Under the pieces are notes generated by a model that was given only the letters and a program-made list of their open reading frames with translations, was not told where the DNA came from and made no database searches. From the NCBI RefSeq assembly GCF_006345805.1, contig NW_021832839.1, positions 1-64,000 on the forward strand: 64,000 bases of DNA, read 5' to 3'. The translations under genes were made by a program, and so were the position numbers. Source of the DNA: Octopus sinensis. Taxonomy: Eukaryota. Shown here one piece after another: positions 52,450 through 63,399 of this stretch; the stretch's first letter is position 1; the number at the start of each line of letters is the position of its first letter.

Positions 52450-53664
52450 ATGAAAACAAAGCAAGCACACGATGGGAGAGTATCCTCCTGCCAGTTTGGA
52501 GGTGCTTGTGACGAATTGATTCTCTCCTCCTCGCACGATGGGAAAGTGCGGCTGTGGGAGACGGACAATCTCGACTTGGTTTCCGATTTGGACACAGCCC
52601 ACAACAAAAATGTCTGCAACGCAAAATTCTCACACGACTACAAAAAGTGGATTGATACAATTTATTGCAGAGTCTATTCAGGGGGTTGGGACAAGACAGT
52701 GTGCTGTACTGATGTGGAGACTGGGAGACCTCTGGTGAGAGTAGCTAAGTAAATTGCAGTGGAGAACAATTCATCCAGGGATAGTGACGTGGGTGGATGT
52801 CGGGGAATGGCTTGTTGCCTCTGTTTCAGATCCCGACCTTGTGTTACGAGTATGGGACTCCCGAAGTGGGACATGTGTCCATCAAACATTTGGTGGGAGT
52901 ATATTACCCTCAGCATAGGTCTTCATAACTCCACCATCTCGTCTTGTTCTATATCGAAAAGTGGGGATAAAATATTCACCACCTCATTTGACTATACCGC
53001 GAAATGCTACGACCTCATTTCTCAACGACAGACCATGGATTTGAGGTATCGATGACATCACTTAGTCATAGAGGTCACACGTGTGCCATTTCTCGCGGGA
53101 CACTCTCGGAGAACGCATATGTCACTGCTGGGTGTGACAGGAATCTGTGCTATTGGACGATAGCTGGAGGGGAGTACAGGTGGTTCTCGGTTTCTGAGTG
53201 AAGGCATGCGGGACCTGCCCAAATGAATGGGGGACATTATAGTTGTGTCTCCTCCTGTGTTTTTTCCCACGACAGTGAATGTTTTATTGTCAGATCTAGA
53301 CCAATTTATTATTTCTTGTGGATTTGATCAGCGTCTAGTTTTGTGGGATGTGCAGACATGTTCACTGGTCAATAAATGGACAGTCAATGTCGGTCTGATA
53401 CACGACGTGGATGTAAATATGGACAACTCTCAGTTCCTAATTGCATCAGAGGTACAATTCTTCTCTCATTTATAGAACGGAGCCATCCACACAAAGCAAT
53501 TTAATTCTCCAGTCCACGACCATGTCCAAAAGAGAAGAAACACAGTTCATGTTATTCTTTTTACTCGATTTGAGTAGTGTCGAACCTGCAAGTCTTGCGT
53601 CGTGTCGACTGAACTAATCCATGACCAATGCATCGACTGTCGATTGGAAAACTGCACTAATTAG
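52450..53664 (+). CDS. WD40-repeat protein with a Cys-rich C-terminus
   Basis: Repeats AH...SSSHDGKVRLWE, SGGWDKTV, LRVWD, TTSFDYTAK, TAGCDRNL, SCGFDQRLVLWD. Last exon CRTC...CIDC. Upstream exons are possible. Confidence 0.8.
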
Positions 53665-54189
53665 GATTTTTTAACACCAGAATTGAATTCTGATTTATAT
53701 TGTTATTTTGCACGAAACACAAAAAGAGAACTTTCAGTTTTTATCGTCGGTTGTGGCGTACTATCAGCATTTTCTAGTAGCATTCGACCATTTTCAGGTC
53801 ATTTGCAAGGATAGTGAGAGGGTTGTCCATGGTCTCCGTTGAAACCAGGCGGTGCTTAGGGAATATGACTCCATTATGTAGGATTCATCCTCAAAATACA
53901 TCCAAATAGTCTTTATTTGTTGTCTAAGGTACTGAAGTCCCTCTATTGAACAATGTTTAATACAAACAGTGGAGAACTTGCATTAATGACACTCATGATC
54001 GGGGGAATTTCTGCAAAGAACAAAACTTACAGATTTGCTATGTAGTATCTATATCCTGCCTTCAAGAAACAAAAGTAAAAAATAGAAACTTGATAAAGAC
54101 GTGAAAGCATATAAAATTATTCTACTGAAGCCAAAGTGGAGATAATATAAATAGGTATTTTCTATATTTCTTTTCTGACATTTAATTTT

Positions 54190-54400
54190 CTATTTTGACA
54201 GCTGTTAGCTCCAATATGCCAAAAGCATGATTGAGCACTTTCCTAATCTTTTCGATGTTTTCTGAAACAAAATCTGCGTCATCCGAGTAAATCAGTTCTG
54301 TAGTCGAAATTGCTTTAATTTTCGCTTTTATTTCCTAGAAGGCAGCCTCAAGGTATATAACAAATAAGAGCCTGTAAGTCATCATTCTAATCTTGTCGCC
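54190..54400 (-). mobile_element. LINE RT core fragment overlapping the end of the duplication arm
   Basis: LFVIYLEAAF*EIKAKIKAISTTELIYSDDADF (YxDD region). Confidence 0.55.
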
Positions 54401-54577
54401 TCTTGGCTTATTTTCTTGTCAAATGAGTTACTCAAGGTAAACATAAAGTAAAAAGTGGAATTAAAGAAAATCCAACTTTAAGTTATTTTTAGTCAAAACA
54501 GTTAAATTCAGTCTATGTTAATTTTTTTTTATTCAAAAATAACAATTGTTAAATGATTATATTCGATACTGGAGTAG

Positions 54578-54887
54578 CTAAGAGTCGTTTGAAATGAGAT
54601 CGAGGAATTCTGTTGAATGAAAATTAAGTTGCACCTTTAAAATTGATATTTCCATCGCTATCCTGGTCGCAAGATTTAATTAGATTTCGACATTCTTCTT
54701 CTGTACAGCAGACACCCGCAAGATTAAAAACTTTGCTGAGTTCTCTGGCGTTTATTTTCCCGTTGCTGTCCAAGTCCAATTGGTCAAAACATTTTTTGAC
54801 ATCTAACAAAATGACTGGAAAAAAACTCTCGAGATCGGTTGAAATGAACTTTCTCGACTATTAGACATTAACCAAATACAAAACCAT
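54578..54887 (-). CDS. Two-EF-hand protein, copy B
   Basis: Essentially identical coding sequence to copy A. Confidence 0.75.
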
Positions 54888-55113
54888 TCAAAGATGACCG
54901 AAATATTTGACATTCTCTTTTATTCATGCTGAAGGTCTGAACAATGTATATTTCACTTATGAATTGACTTTATTTTAATAAAAATACACGTTTATATACA
55001 ATGACGCAGAGATTCATTGGTTGTGAATCATCTCGCTGAAACTAAGAGTGCTTAGAGCAAATGCGAATGAATGAACAAAGACTCGAAAACGTTCCAAATG
55101 ATGAGAACAGTGA

Positions 55114-56037
55114 CTATATTTTGCTAACTAAAACGAGAAAAGCAACTCCAGCCAAGGCAGAAAGCAATATTTGGAAAGTGTGTCGCATTCCCCCGACTTG
55201 GTGGGAGCCCTTTGTGAGCGGCCCGAGCATGTTTACAGTGCCGATGTATATGAACCCCCCGGTGCAGAAGGGAATCAAAACTCCCTCAATACGCGAACTC
55301 AAATTGCCCAAAACAAATGACAGGATGACGCCAAAAATGAAGCCCAGTGCCGTGACGAACTGAAGGAGTATTGCCTATCATAAGACATGGAAACAAGCCT
55401 GCTTTTTGGTGCAATTGGCGTTGATTAGACTGACAAAGTCCCCAATCTCGTTGGGAAATTCGTGGCACAGAATAGAAAATGACGAACTCAGTCCGAGAGA
55501 TGTGCTGTGCATAAACGACGCGCCGATGATCAGCCCGTCAGTGATGTTGTGCACAAAATCCCCTACGAGGTTGATGAATCCTTGCGCCTTCATTGAAATC
55601 TGCTCTTTCGCACTGTGCTCTGCGTCACTTTTCTCTTTCGTTCTGCGACGAATGGTTGTCGACTCCGTGACAATCGGCTCCGAAGGTTCCTCTGGGGCGT
55701 CGGTCGGGGATGCTTTGAGAGTCAAATTGAGGACTTTTTCCATAGCAAAAAAGCCATAGAGTCCCACTAAAATGAAATATCTGTTGTTGGCAGTGTTGGC
55801 GGTGGTGAATATTTCAGGCATCAAATGGAAAAATACGTCCGACAGCAACCCCCCGGAAGCAAAGGCGAGCAGAATCTACGAATAGGACATTATCCATGTC
55901 ACCTCCAAGGACCCGTCCCAGTTACTTTTGTTTACGCTCACGAAAATGAGGAGAAGTGCAGGCAAAATGCCGACTGTGATTGCTGCGAGAATTGCCTGGA
56001 CGATCGGGAAGTCGAGAAGGAGGTGGAGAGTGACCAT
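55114..56037 (-). CDS. ZIP metal transporter, copy B
   Basis: Intact frame with several amino-acid differences from copy A (NG/NR, LER/MEK, VS/IS, ES/EG). GC-AG intron at 55375-55398. Confidence 0.92.
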
Positions 56038-56547
56038 TGTAGACTGGCTGTTGAAAATTAAATTCTGCACTTTTCTACGATTATATATCTTTTTGAGAAT
56101 CAATAAAATAATTTAAATCAGCTCATTAGTGTTTGGGAGTTGTCGTAGAATGAATCAAATTAAAATTATTCAATCGCAATTACTCCTTGAATGGCTGATA
56201 ATTATTAATTTACTTTTACCCCGGATAAATTGTTCTCTTTACACACACATTGACAAATCTTGTTCAAAAATTCAAATTTCTTATATTTCACTACTCTTAG
56301 ATCATGACGTATTACTCGGAGTGTCGTTACTATCATTCCGTGTTCTGAGCTTTTTTCTTCAAAGTAATTTTTATTGGTAACTTTGATTAACAATCGCCTC
56401 AAAATTCACAATTGTCGCTTTCCTGTCCAAATAGTCAACCACCAAGTAGTTACTTCTATGCAGATAATCAAATTATTTGACAATAGTGTTTTTATAAATT
56501 GTTTGAGTAATACAACAAAAAAGCAACATCACAATTTGTTTACAAAA

Positions 56548-58062
56548 TCATCGTAAAATATCAAACGTGTCACCATCCTCAATCATTTCACTGCAAAATG
56601 TGCGCGGCGGAGACTTGATCGGTATTTCTTCTACGACCTGATCGTCCGAATTTACAGGGCGGTGGAATGTCGCATCAATCAGAGACTGCAAAGGCGTTTG
56701 TTTCCTTTCATTGGTCGTTGAATTGAGTTGACTATTCAGCGAAGGGAGGCTGTTGAGCATTGCGAGTGGCGTCGGCAATTTTTTAGAAACTTTCTGGATG
56801 GACTGCTTGTCTTCCATTTTTCGTTTCCTTGGCCGATAAATCGTAGGGACAGCCCGTTTATCAGGCACAATAAACGCATAGTTCTGCTGAATCTCATTTA
56901 TCTCGTCCTGAGGAGCCTGAGGAGTGGCCGGTGGAGACACTCGGTCACAGAGAATGCAGGGTTTCTGAAAACGAATAATCGCCTGCTTTCCCGACGACTT
57001 GCGTATTTCATGCTTAAGCAACTCCGAACGTGCCATGTCCACCACACAGCTCAAAATAGAACGAGGAAACTCATCAGAACTCCCCATTTGGGACGAAGGG
57101 GCCACCCAGTCGTACATAAGTTCGATCGGGGACTTGGAGCCGAGCATTAAGTAGACCTCCACCACCGAGAGCTGTCCAGCCTTGCCGACAGAAAGTCCTC
57201 CTTCCCACAGGGCAGTCACACTTTCGAGAGAACCAGAGAAATTGGACAAATTGCGACTCAAATTGTTGGTATTTTGGAGAATACTGGACGTGTGGGAGTC
57301 CGTGTTGTGCAGTCGAATTCTCCCAGAAGAGGACACCAGTTGGTATGCCACAGCACTCTTCCCACTCGGAAGGAACATCCTCATGTCCCCATTCCCCAAC
57401 CGTTCTCCCAACAGTTCGAGCAGCACCCCCATTTGCTGTCCGTGAGGCACTCTCAACTGCAGATTAGCCACAAAGCCACTGCGTTGGACAGTCAGGAGAG
57501 CCTGGACAGACCGAGGACGGAGGGACAACATCAAAGTGTCAGGAAGGAAACTTGAGAGGACAGTTTCGTGTTTTTTGAACAATTCAGAGAGAGCATTGCT
57601 TCTGGGCATTTTGACCTTCAAATACTTCTCTTTGTGGGGGATTCCGAGTCTGGCGAGTGTGTTTTTGCCCACGAGGATGCTCCGATTAAAGACCAGTCCG
57701 TTCAGGAACTTGAGGAAATGTGGAGAAGAGTCCACCTTGCCCAGTCGACGGTACAATTCTCCGTAGGCGACGAGCACGGAGACTTGGCGAATGTCGGTGG
57801 GGACATCAGACCCGAAGGAGACATGTCCATCCAGTCGACGGAAATTACGGAAGAAAAATAGTCGAATTTGACGGACACTTTTGGGGGGTCTTGGCCGACG
57901 TGCATAATTTATTCGTGCAGTCAGTTTGTGGAAGTCCTTTCCGTATTTGCACAAGAGTGAGTAGAAGGCAATTCGGTCCTCAGTGTCCCATATCTTGGCC
58001 ACCTTGGGAGGGGGGTCTGTGGTTTGTGGGGCAGTATCTTCCGTCTTGTTGACATCCTCCAT
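56548..58062 (-). CDS. CRAMP1: Cramped-like SANT-domain chromatin protein
   Basis: WDTEDRIAFYSLLCKYGKDF...KSVRQIRLFFFR...VLVAYGELYRRLG matches the cramped SANT region. 506-aa continuous ORF. Confidence 0.75.
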   Translation of the reverse strand: MEDVNKTEDTAPQTTDPPPKVAKIWDTEDRIAFYSLLCKYGKDFHKLTARINYARRPRPPKSVRQIRLFFFRNFRRLDGHVSFGSDVPTDIRQVSVLVAYGELYRRLGKVDSSPHFLKFLNGLVFNRSILVGKNTLARLGIPHKEKYLKVKMPRSNALSELFKKHETVLSSFLPDTLMLSLRPRSVQALLTVQRSGFVANLQLRVPHGQQMGVLLELLGERLGNGDMRMFLPSGKSAVAYQLVSSSGRIRLHNTDSHTSSILQNTNNLSRNLSNFSGSLESVTALWEGGLSVGKAGQLSVVEVYLMLGSKSPIELMYDWVAPSSQMGSSDEFPRSILSCVVDMARSELLKHEIRKSSGKQAIIRFQKPCILCDRVSPPATPQAPQDEINEIQQNYAFIVPDKRAVPTIYRPRKRKMEDKQSIQKVSKKLPTPLAMLNSLPSLNSQLNSTTNERKQTPLQSLIDATFHRPVNSDDQVVEEIPIKSPPRTFCSEMIEDGDTFDILR

Positions 58063-58189
58063 GACCACAAGACTTAACTATTTAATAATTTTATTATTTT
58101 ATTGAATATTATTAACAGGTTTGTTTGAATTTGTAATTACTACTGTCACTGTGATCATAAATGAGAAAACTTTTCACTAAAAATTGTTT

Positions 58190-59800
58190 TATACGTAAAT
58201 CACATAGCTGATCCCTAAGAAGGACGTGTGTGACTCCCCCAAGGATTTGAGGCCAATCTATGCCGAATTTATATAAGTTGACAACGAAATGTGTAAACAT
58301 AAAGTTGTCAGAGTATATTGATGCTTTCGGATAAGTGACAATCAACTGGGCACAAGAAGAATGTGCAAAAGAACAAGCCATAATCAATCAGATCATGTTT
58401 TCTTAGACTATTTGTTACAAAAGTCTGGACTTGCTTATTGGATTGTCTGCTTTATTCAGAGTCTTATTAACAAATGGAAAATACGATTGACTTTTGAAAA
58501 TAAATCATTGGGTCAAGTAAAAATAAGAAGAGGAATTTTGCAAGGAGACTTTGTCGCCACAGATCTTTGTGTTGGTATTGGACCCTTTGAGTCGAATGTT
58601 AAATGGAAAATGCCCGAAAGTAACAATGGGGAATCGGATACCGATACTTAGGAGTTCTTGAAGATATGAACAGTAATGTCCTTAAAAAAGAAATTATGGG
58701 GAAAATTTATAATGAGGCATCCACTCGGATTAAGACGGAATTAAACTCTGTGAATTTATTTAAGGCGATAAACGAATTTTCACTCTCTCTATATAAATGA
58801 TTGATATCGAGCCAGGGGAATTTGAACAAATTGACAAAAATGTCAGCAGAATTCTTACGGAGAGCCATATTCACATGCAACCGGCAAACAAAGAAAGACT
58901 ATATTTACCAAGAAATAAACTTGGAAGAGGTCTCGAGTGTGTCAGTAACAAATCTGAACGAATGCTATTCCAATTTTATCATGACTTGAAGCATAAAGCC
59001 GATTACTGCCTAAGAAGAGAGGGAATTCTACGGGTCGTCAATTCACAGAAAACTCACATTGCCACTATCGTAGAATTCATATCCCGAAAGTACAATATCA
59101 AAAATATAAATGAACTGACAATAACTAAATTGGTGGAATTGAACATGAATATCTAATGAGGCAGATTGAAACTAAGCCACTGCATTCTATTCTTTTCCAG
59201 TGTTTGAAGGACACTGAAGTTAATGAATCGCAGGATGGGTAGTTCATGGAAATAACTCGCCAATTAAGTTGTGGAAATTCGAGTGGACAGAACTATTTCT
59301 ACGGATACGGCTGTTTCAAACAATAAACCAGATATTTTTGTCCATGACAAGATGAGGAATACAATTACACTCATTGAAGTTGGGATTACCTCACAAAATT
59401 GCCTAAAGCAAGTTGAAGTGGAAAAGTTCCACAAATATGACCTTTGGCAAATGAATTAGGGGCGATTCATCGGGCTAGAGTGAAGATAATCCCTGTTGTA
59501 CTTACTCGGGATGGAATTGTCTCAAAATTCTTCAAAAGTAATCTGGATTCTATCGCAGTGGAAGACAGAGTGAAGGCATATATTCAAACACTCGTTTTAA
59601 GAAAAACATTGGAGAGTATGCAGGTGGAGACAAGACATGGAATATCGGTTCCCGGAGAGGAGCATGCAGTGATTGAATGTCAACCGAAGGATTCTTCTCT
59701 ACCAGGAATACGTGTACCGACTATGATAGTTGGGCATAAGAGACGAAGACTGTCCTAAATATAGATGCTTAAAAAAATGCTATTATAAATTTTTATTACT
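58190..59800 (+). mobile_element. Degraded, internally deleted REL-type non-LTR retrotransposon (same family as 37227-38135)
   Basis: IRRGILQGD, ERLYLPRNKLGRGL, NNKPDIFV...IEVGIT...EKFHKYDL, IIPVVLTRDG. RT YxDD core missing; frameshifts. Confidence 0.85.
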
Positions 59801-59844
59801 CAATAAAATTATTAACCTATATGTTAATTTGTAATTACTACTAT

Positions 59845-61157
59845 ATGTCACTGAGAAAACTGTTCACTAAAAATTCCAACCAACGCCAATCTCTACCCAA
59901 AAACAAAATAATTGTGTTTGATTCCGGCCCTGTCACAATTGACAGTGTGATTGGCTACGGTGATAAGAATATGTGTTAGTCACAGGCGGCTATTCGGTCA
60001 TTTTTGCTGCCAAACGAAAGAAAGGCAATACCATGGCCCTCAAACAGTCCAACGTGAACACGGAAGCCAATCTAAACAGCTGCATTATGGAAATAAACGT
60101 GATGGTTTGTCCATTTCTTCATCCCAGAAAAAGTGCAGTCATCCCAACATCATTAAATACGTCGACAGTCATTACACCAAAATCGATTCCTTTCGTTCAG
60201 AAGTCTTTCTTTTGATGGAGTTGTGCAAAAGTGCTGGTTTTGTTTATTTTGTAGAAAGTGTGTTTCAGTTGTTGGAGGAGAATGCAGTCAAAGGACTCAA
60301 AGACGACCTCATTCTTCGAATCCTCAGAGACCTTTGCAGTGGACTGTCAGTCCTCCACGACAACTCTCCGCCAATCATCAACCGAGACATCAAAGTAGTG
60401 TTTCCCTCGTGTCCAGGCCGAGAATGTGTTGATAAACTCAAAAGGAGATTTTGTCCTCTGCGATTTTGGGAGTGCTGTGTACGAGACTCCCCTCGACGAG
60501 AATATGGACATTTCGGACATTTCTCAACTGGAGGAAGAGATCGCCCAGTTGTTGTGTGTCTCACAGTCGCAGAGCCACCACCTCGGGGTACCGACCCCCG
60601 GAAATGGTCGATTTGTACAGCGGAGAACACATTTCCTGCAAAGCTGACATTTGGGTTGTGCAGAGTTGTTGATTCGACTAGGCTGTGGGGTGTCTGCTCT
60701 TTCAGTTATGTTTTGTCGCCATGCCCTTCCAAGAGAACAAATTGGCCATTTTGTCAGCCAAATATTCGTTTCCCAAACCCTGCAATGCCCTGTTTGAGAG
60801 TGTCATTGGTCAGTTCTGTGGTCACTCACTTCCGTAGGGGACTGTCTCCAGGTCTCTCCCGCGAGTAGACCAAGTGTGGGGGACATTCTCAACTGCCTTA
60901 AGACTTGCACTTTGTCGAAGAAAGGCTCGAAAAAAACTAGTTTTCGCTTTATAAAACAAAAATCCGTTGATGTGAATGTTTATTGGTAGTTTGATCAGAA
61001 GCAAGTCCCCGATGATGTTTTTGAAGCAGCTCCTTTTGATTTTCCTCCAAATCCGTGGCCTTTGGACGAATCGGAGTTTGTGGCACAGGATGAGGGTGGA
61101 CTCAACCCGTTTATGAACGAAGATGGATGTGTGAACGAGTCATTTAAAGATTCATGA
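59845..61157 (+). CDS. NAK-family Ser/Thr kinase (AAK1/BMP2K-like)
   Basis: Spliced: IGY|GGYSVIF...MALK...NRDIK|AENVL...LCDFGSA...YRPPEMVDLYSG...KADIW|AVGCLL. Tail carries DVFEAAPF and NPF. Confidence 0.9.
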
Positions 61158-61639
61158 CCTAACTTGACATATTTGTTTTATTAATTATATTTGTTATTTT
61201 TATTGGAACATTCATGTTCTGTTGACGCGACTGTATCCCTAACAATATAACGGAGTCCATTGGCTTATATAGTCATAGGAATGGAATAGTTTTTTAAGAC
61301 TCCGGGTTCGGGCACGCTCGTTTTTAGGCCAATTTTCTGAAATAAGTAATTTTCAAAGGCAGACTAGATATTTCACGACCCGGAACGGGGAATTTTTAAT
61401 ATTCAATTTTGCATTTTTAAAATTTTTTTAAAAAATTAACTCAAATGTATGTTGGTAACATCAATTCAATAATCGTTTAATATTTGACGATAAAAAATGA
61501 AACAGTTAAAGTAACGAGAAAATTGGATAAATTAAAAATTGTGACGCTATAATAACAGAAAATTGGGTTTCTTGTAGGCTTAAAACCACGGAAATTCCTT
61601 CAGTTCAAAGGAACTGGGATAATATTTATTGCTCACACA

Positions 61640-61930
61640 TACTTGAAAATATTCGATTACACGTCGAACAGTCTTAATTGGCAAGTATTAATTGAGTTTG
61701 TCACCGATCTTGACAGCCGGTATGTTTCTGAACAACGAATCAGTCGCCATCGATATACGCTTTGCATTGAGATTTGCCAGCCTCATCGTTGCAGGTGTGG
61801 CAAACTCGTCGACAGGAGAACAATACAATTGTTGCTTCATCCCCTTGGCCTTCGAAACCAGTCGGATAATTGATGAAAAAGCCCTCAAGCTTTTCTCAGA
61901 AATTGGTTTAATCAATTTTGAAAATTATTA
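61640..61930 (+). mobile_element. Fragment of another REL-type (CRE-like) retroelement
   Basis: CQPHRCRCG knuckle and FIPLAFET...ALKLFSEIG. Confidence 0.4.
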
Positions 61931-62039
61931 GTCAATTATCCATTTTTTTCAATTTTTACATTTTTTGTAAAATTAATCCGAAAGTCGTTTTTTATTCATT
62001 GAGCCGAAAATCGTAATTTTCGTAAAATGAAGGAGATAC

Positions 62040-63300
62040 TTGAAAATTTTCTTAACATTTCGTTTACGACATGTTTATTAGTTCTTTATAATGGTGTCCT
62101 CAATTGTTACGGGATCACAAATCTTTTCAATATGATTCCAACAGTTCAATATTAAATGTTCCTCTACTCTTAGAAATGAATTCATCATAAATTCAGTATG
62201 TATAAATTAGAATTAGTTGCTCCTAAAAACAACCAAAATCTCCTCAAGGCCTCGCTATCTCTCAATGATCTTTTTTTTAAATCCGTTAAGCGACAACTCG
62301 CCTGTAGACGAGTTGTCGCCTAACTCGCCTAAATTTATTTGGCGACAACTCGTCTACAAAGAAAAATATTTTAAGGGTAAATAAAATAAAATTTTAAAAC
62401 AATTACTTTTTATTCTGAACTTTTAAAGCAAACCAAACCATCTATTAGCTTAAAATAGCAATCTACTTCAAATTCATGAAAATTTTAACATGCTATTCTC
62501 AGTTCAAGTTCCTTTTGCAGTCTGTCGCAGACACTTCAAGATACCTTCCTGACTTAATTTGTGTTATATCACAAAAAGTCTTTGTTCTTCATTGGCCAAA
62601 ACATTGACAAAAGCTGCCAAATTTGGGTTCTCTCTGTTAAACGAATTGTTCAACAGCTAATGCTAACCTTTTAATGAATTAGTTGTCCTAGGCATTGACT
62701 TTAATACCTGATGAAAACAACTCCAAAAACAAGATGGGTCAGCAATAAAATGTTTTTTAGAATAAATCAAAAAATTCATTATTTTTTGGTTGTTTTCTTT
62801 TCCTGTCGCATCAAGAGAAAATTTTTCAAATTCCAATAAAACATTTTCCACAGGGATGAAAGCTAAATAGTAGCATTTCCTCAATAATTTTCGTTCCCAC
62901 GATAAAACGTCTTTGTAGGCTCACACAAGACCGAGACATTGTATTTTCCGCATAGGATTTGACCGAAATGGAAATTACAGCCAATTACATTAGACGACGA
63001 AAAAATTAGACGGCATCTTTCTGGTCAGATGCTTTTTATCTTATGATCCTCAAAGGGGCCATGATTATGAGCATTTTTTGTACTCAACTTGTTTTAAGCA
63101 TCCACCGTGCACCTCGCCCTGCATTCTCGACTTCTGCACCTCCAATAGGTAAGACCGTGTTTTTTCTAAAAAAAACCAAAATCTCCTCAAGGCCTCGCTA
63201 TCTCTCAATGATCTTTTTTTTAAATCAGAGTGATTTCCCGATAAATCCCGAGGTCTCTACCGTAATCGGCATGAAAGGGTGATCTTTTGATGAATATTCA
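62040..63300 (-). mobile_element. MULE/FLYWCH transposase debris with a hairpin end and 53-bp flanking direct repeats
   Basis: YWRCRSRECRARC...HNH, GCNFHFGQ, LAFIPVENV, PRTTNSLKG. Inverted repeat 62303-62320 / 62341-62358. Confidence 0.6.
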
Positions 63301-63399
63301 ACGGAGACTATTTTATTTATAGGGTAGTGTCCCCACGTCTTATTTGGGGAAGATGCTACGGAGGGTTGAGTTTATTAGCAGTTAATAGAGGGTGTGATC

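Larger units (their letters stand above)
54325..56305. repeat. Right arm of the inverted segmental duplication
   Basis: Reverse-complement match to 38148-40135 with scattered substitutions and small indels. Confidence 0.95.

Noticed and set aside
2545-56045. AG dinucleotide 2-13 nt upstream of many ATGs as trans-splice acceptors
   Set aside because: AG occurs that close by chance about half the time, and NTHL1 and ATG8 lack it. Not supportable without cDNA.
59951-60868. 305-aa ORF in the track
   Set aside because: A mosaic of off-frame kinase exons and introns; only short in-frame stretches match the kinase.
1-61157. Alternative genetic code or stop read-through suggested by broken ORFs
   Set aside because: Every in-frame stop examined in conserved genes falls inside a GT(GC)-AG micro-intron whose removal restores the alignment.
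61290-61395. tRNA/SINE-like GC-rich patch (ccgggttcg...cgacccgg)
   Set aside because: No cloverleaf or A-box; more likely a TE terminus remnant.
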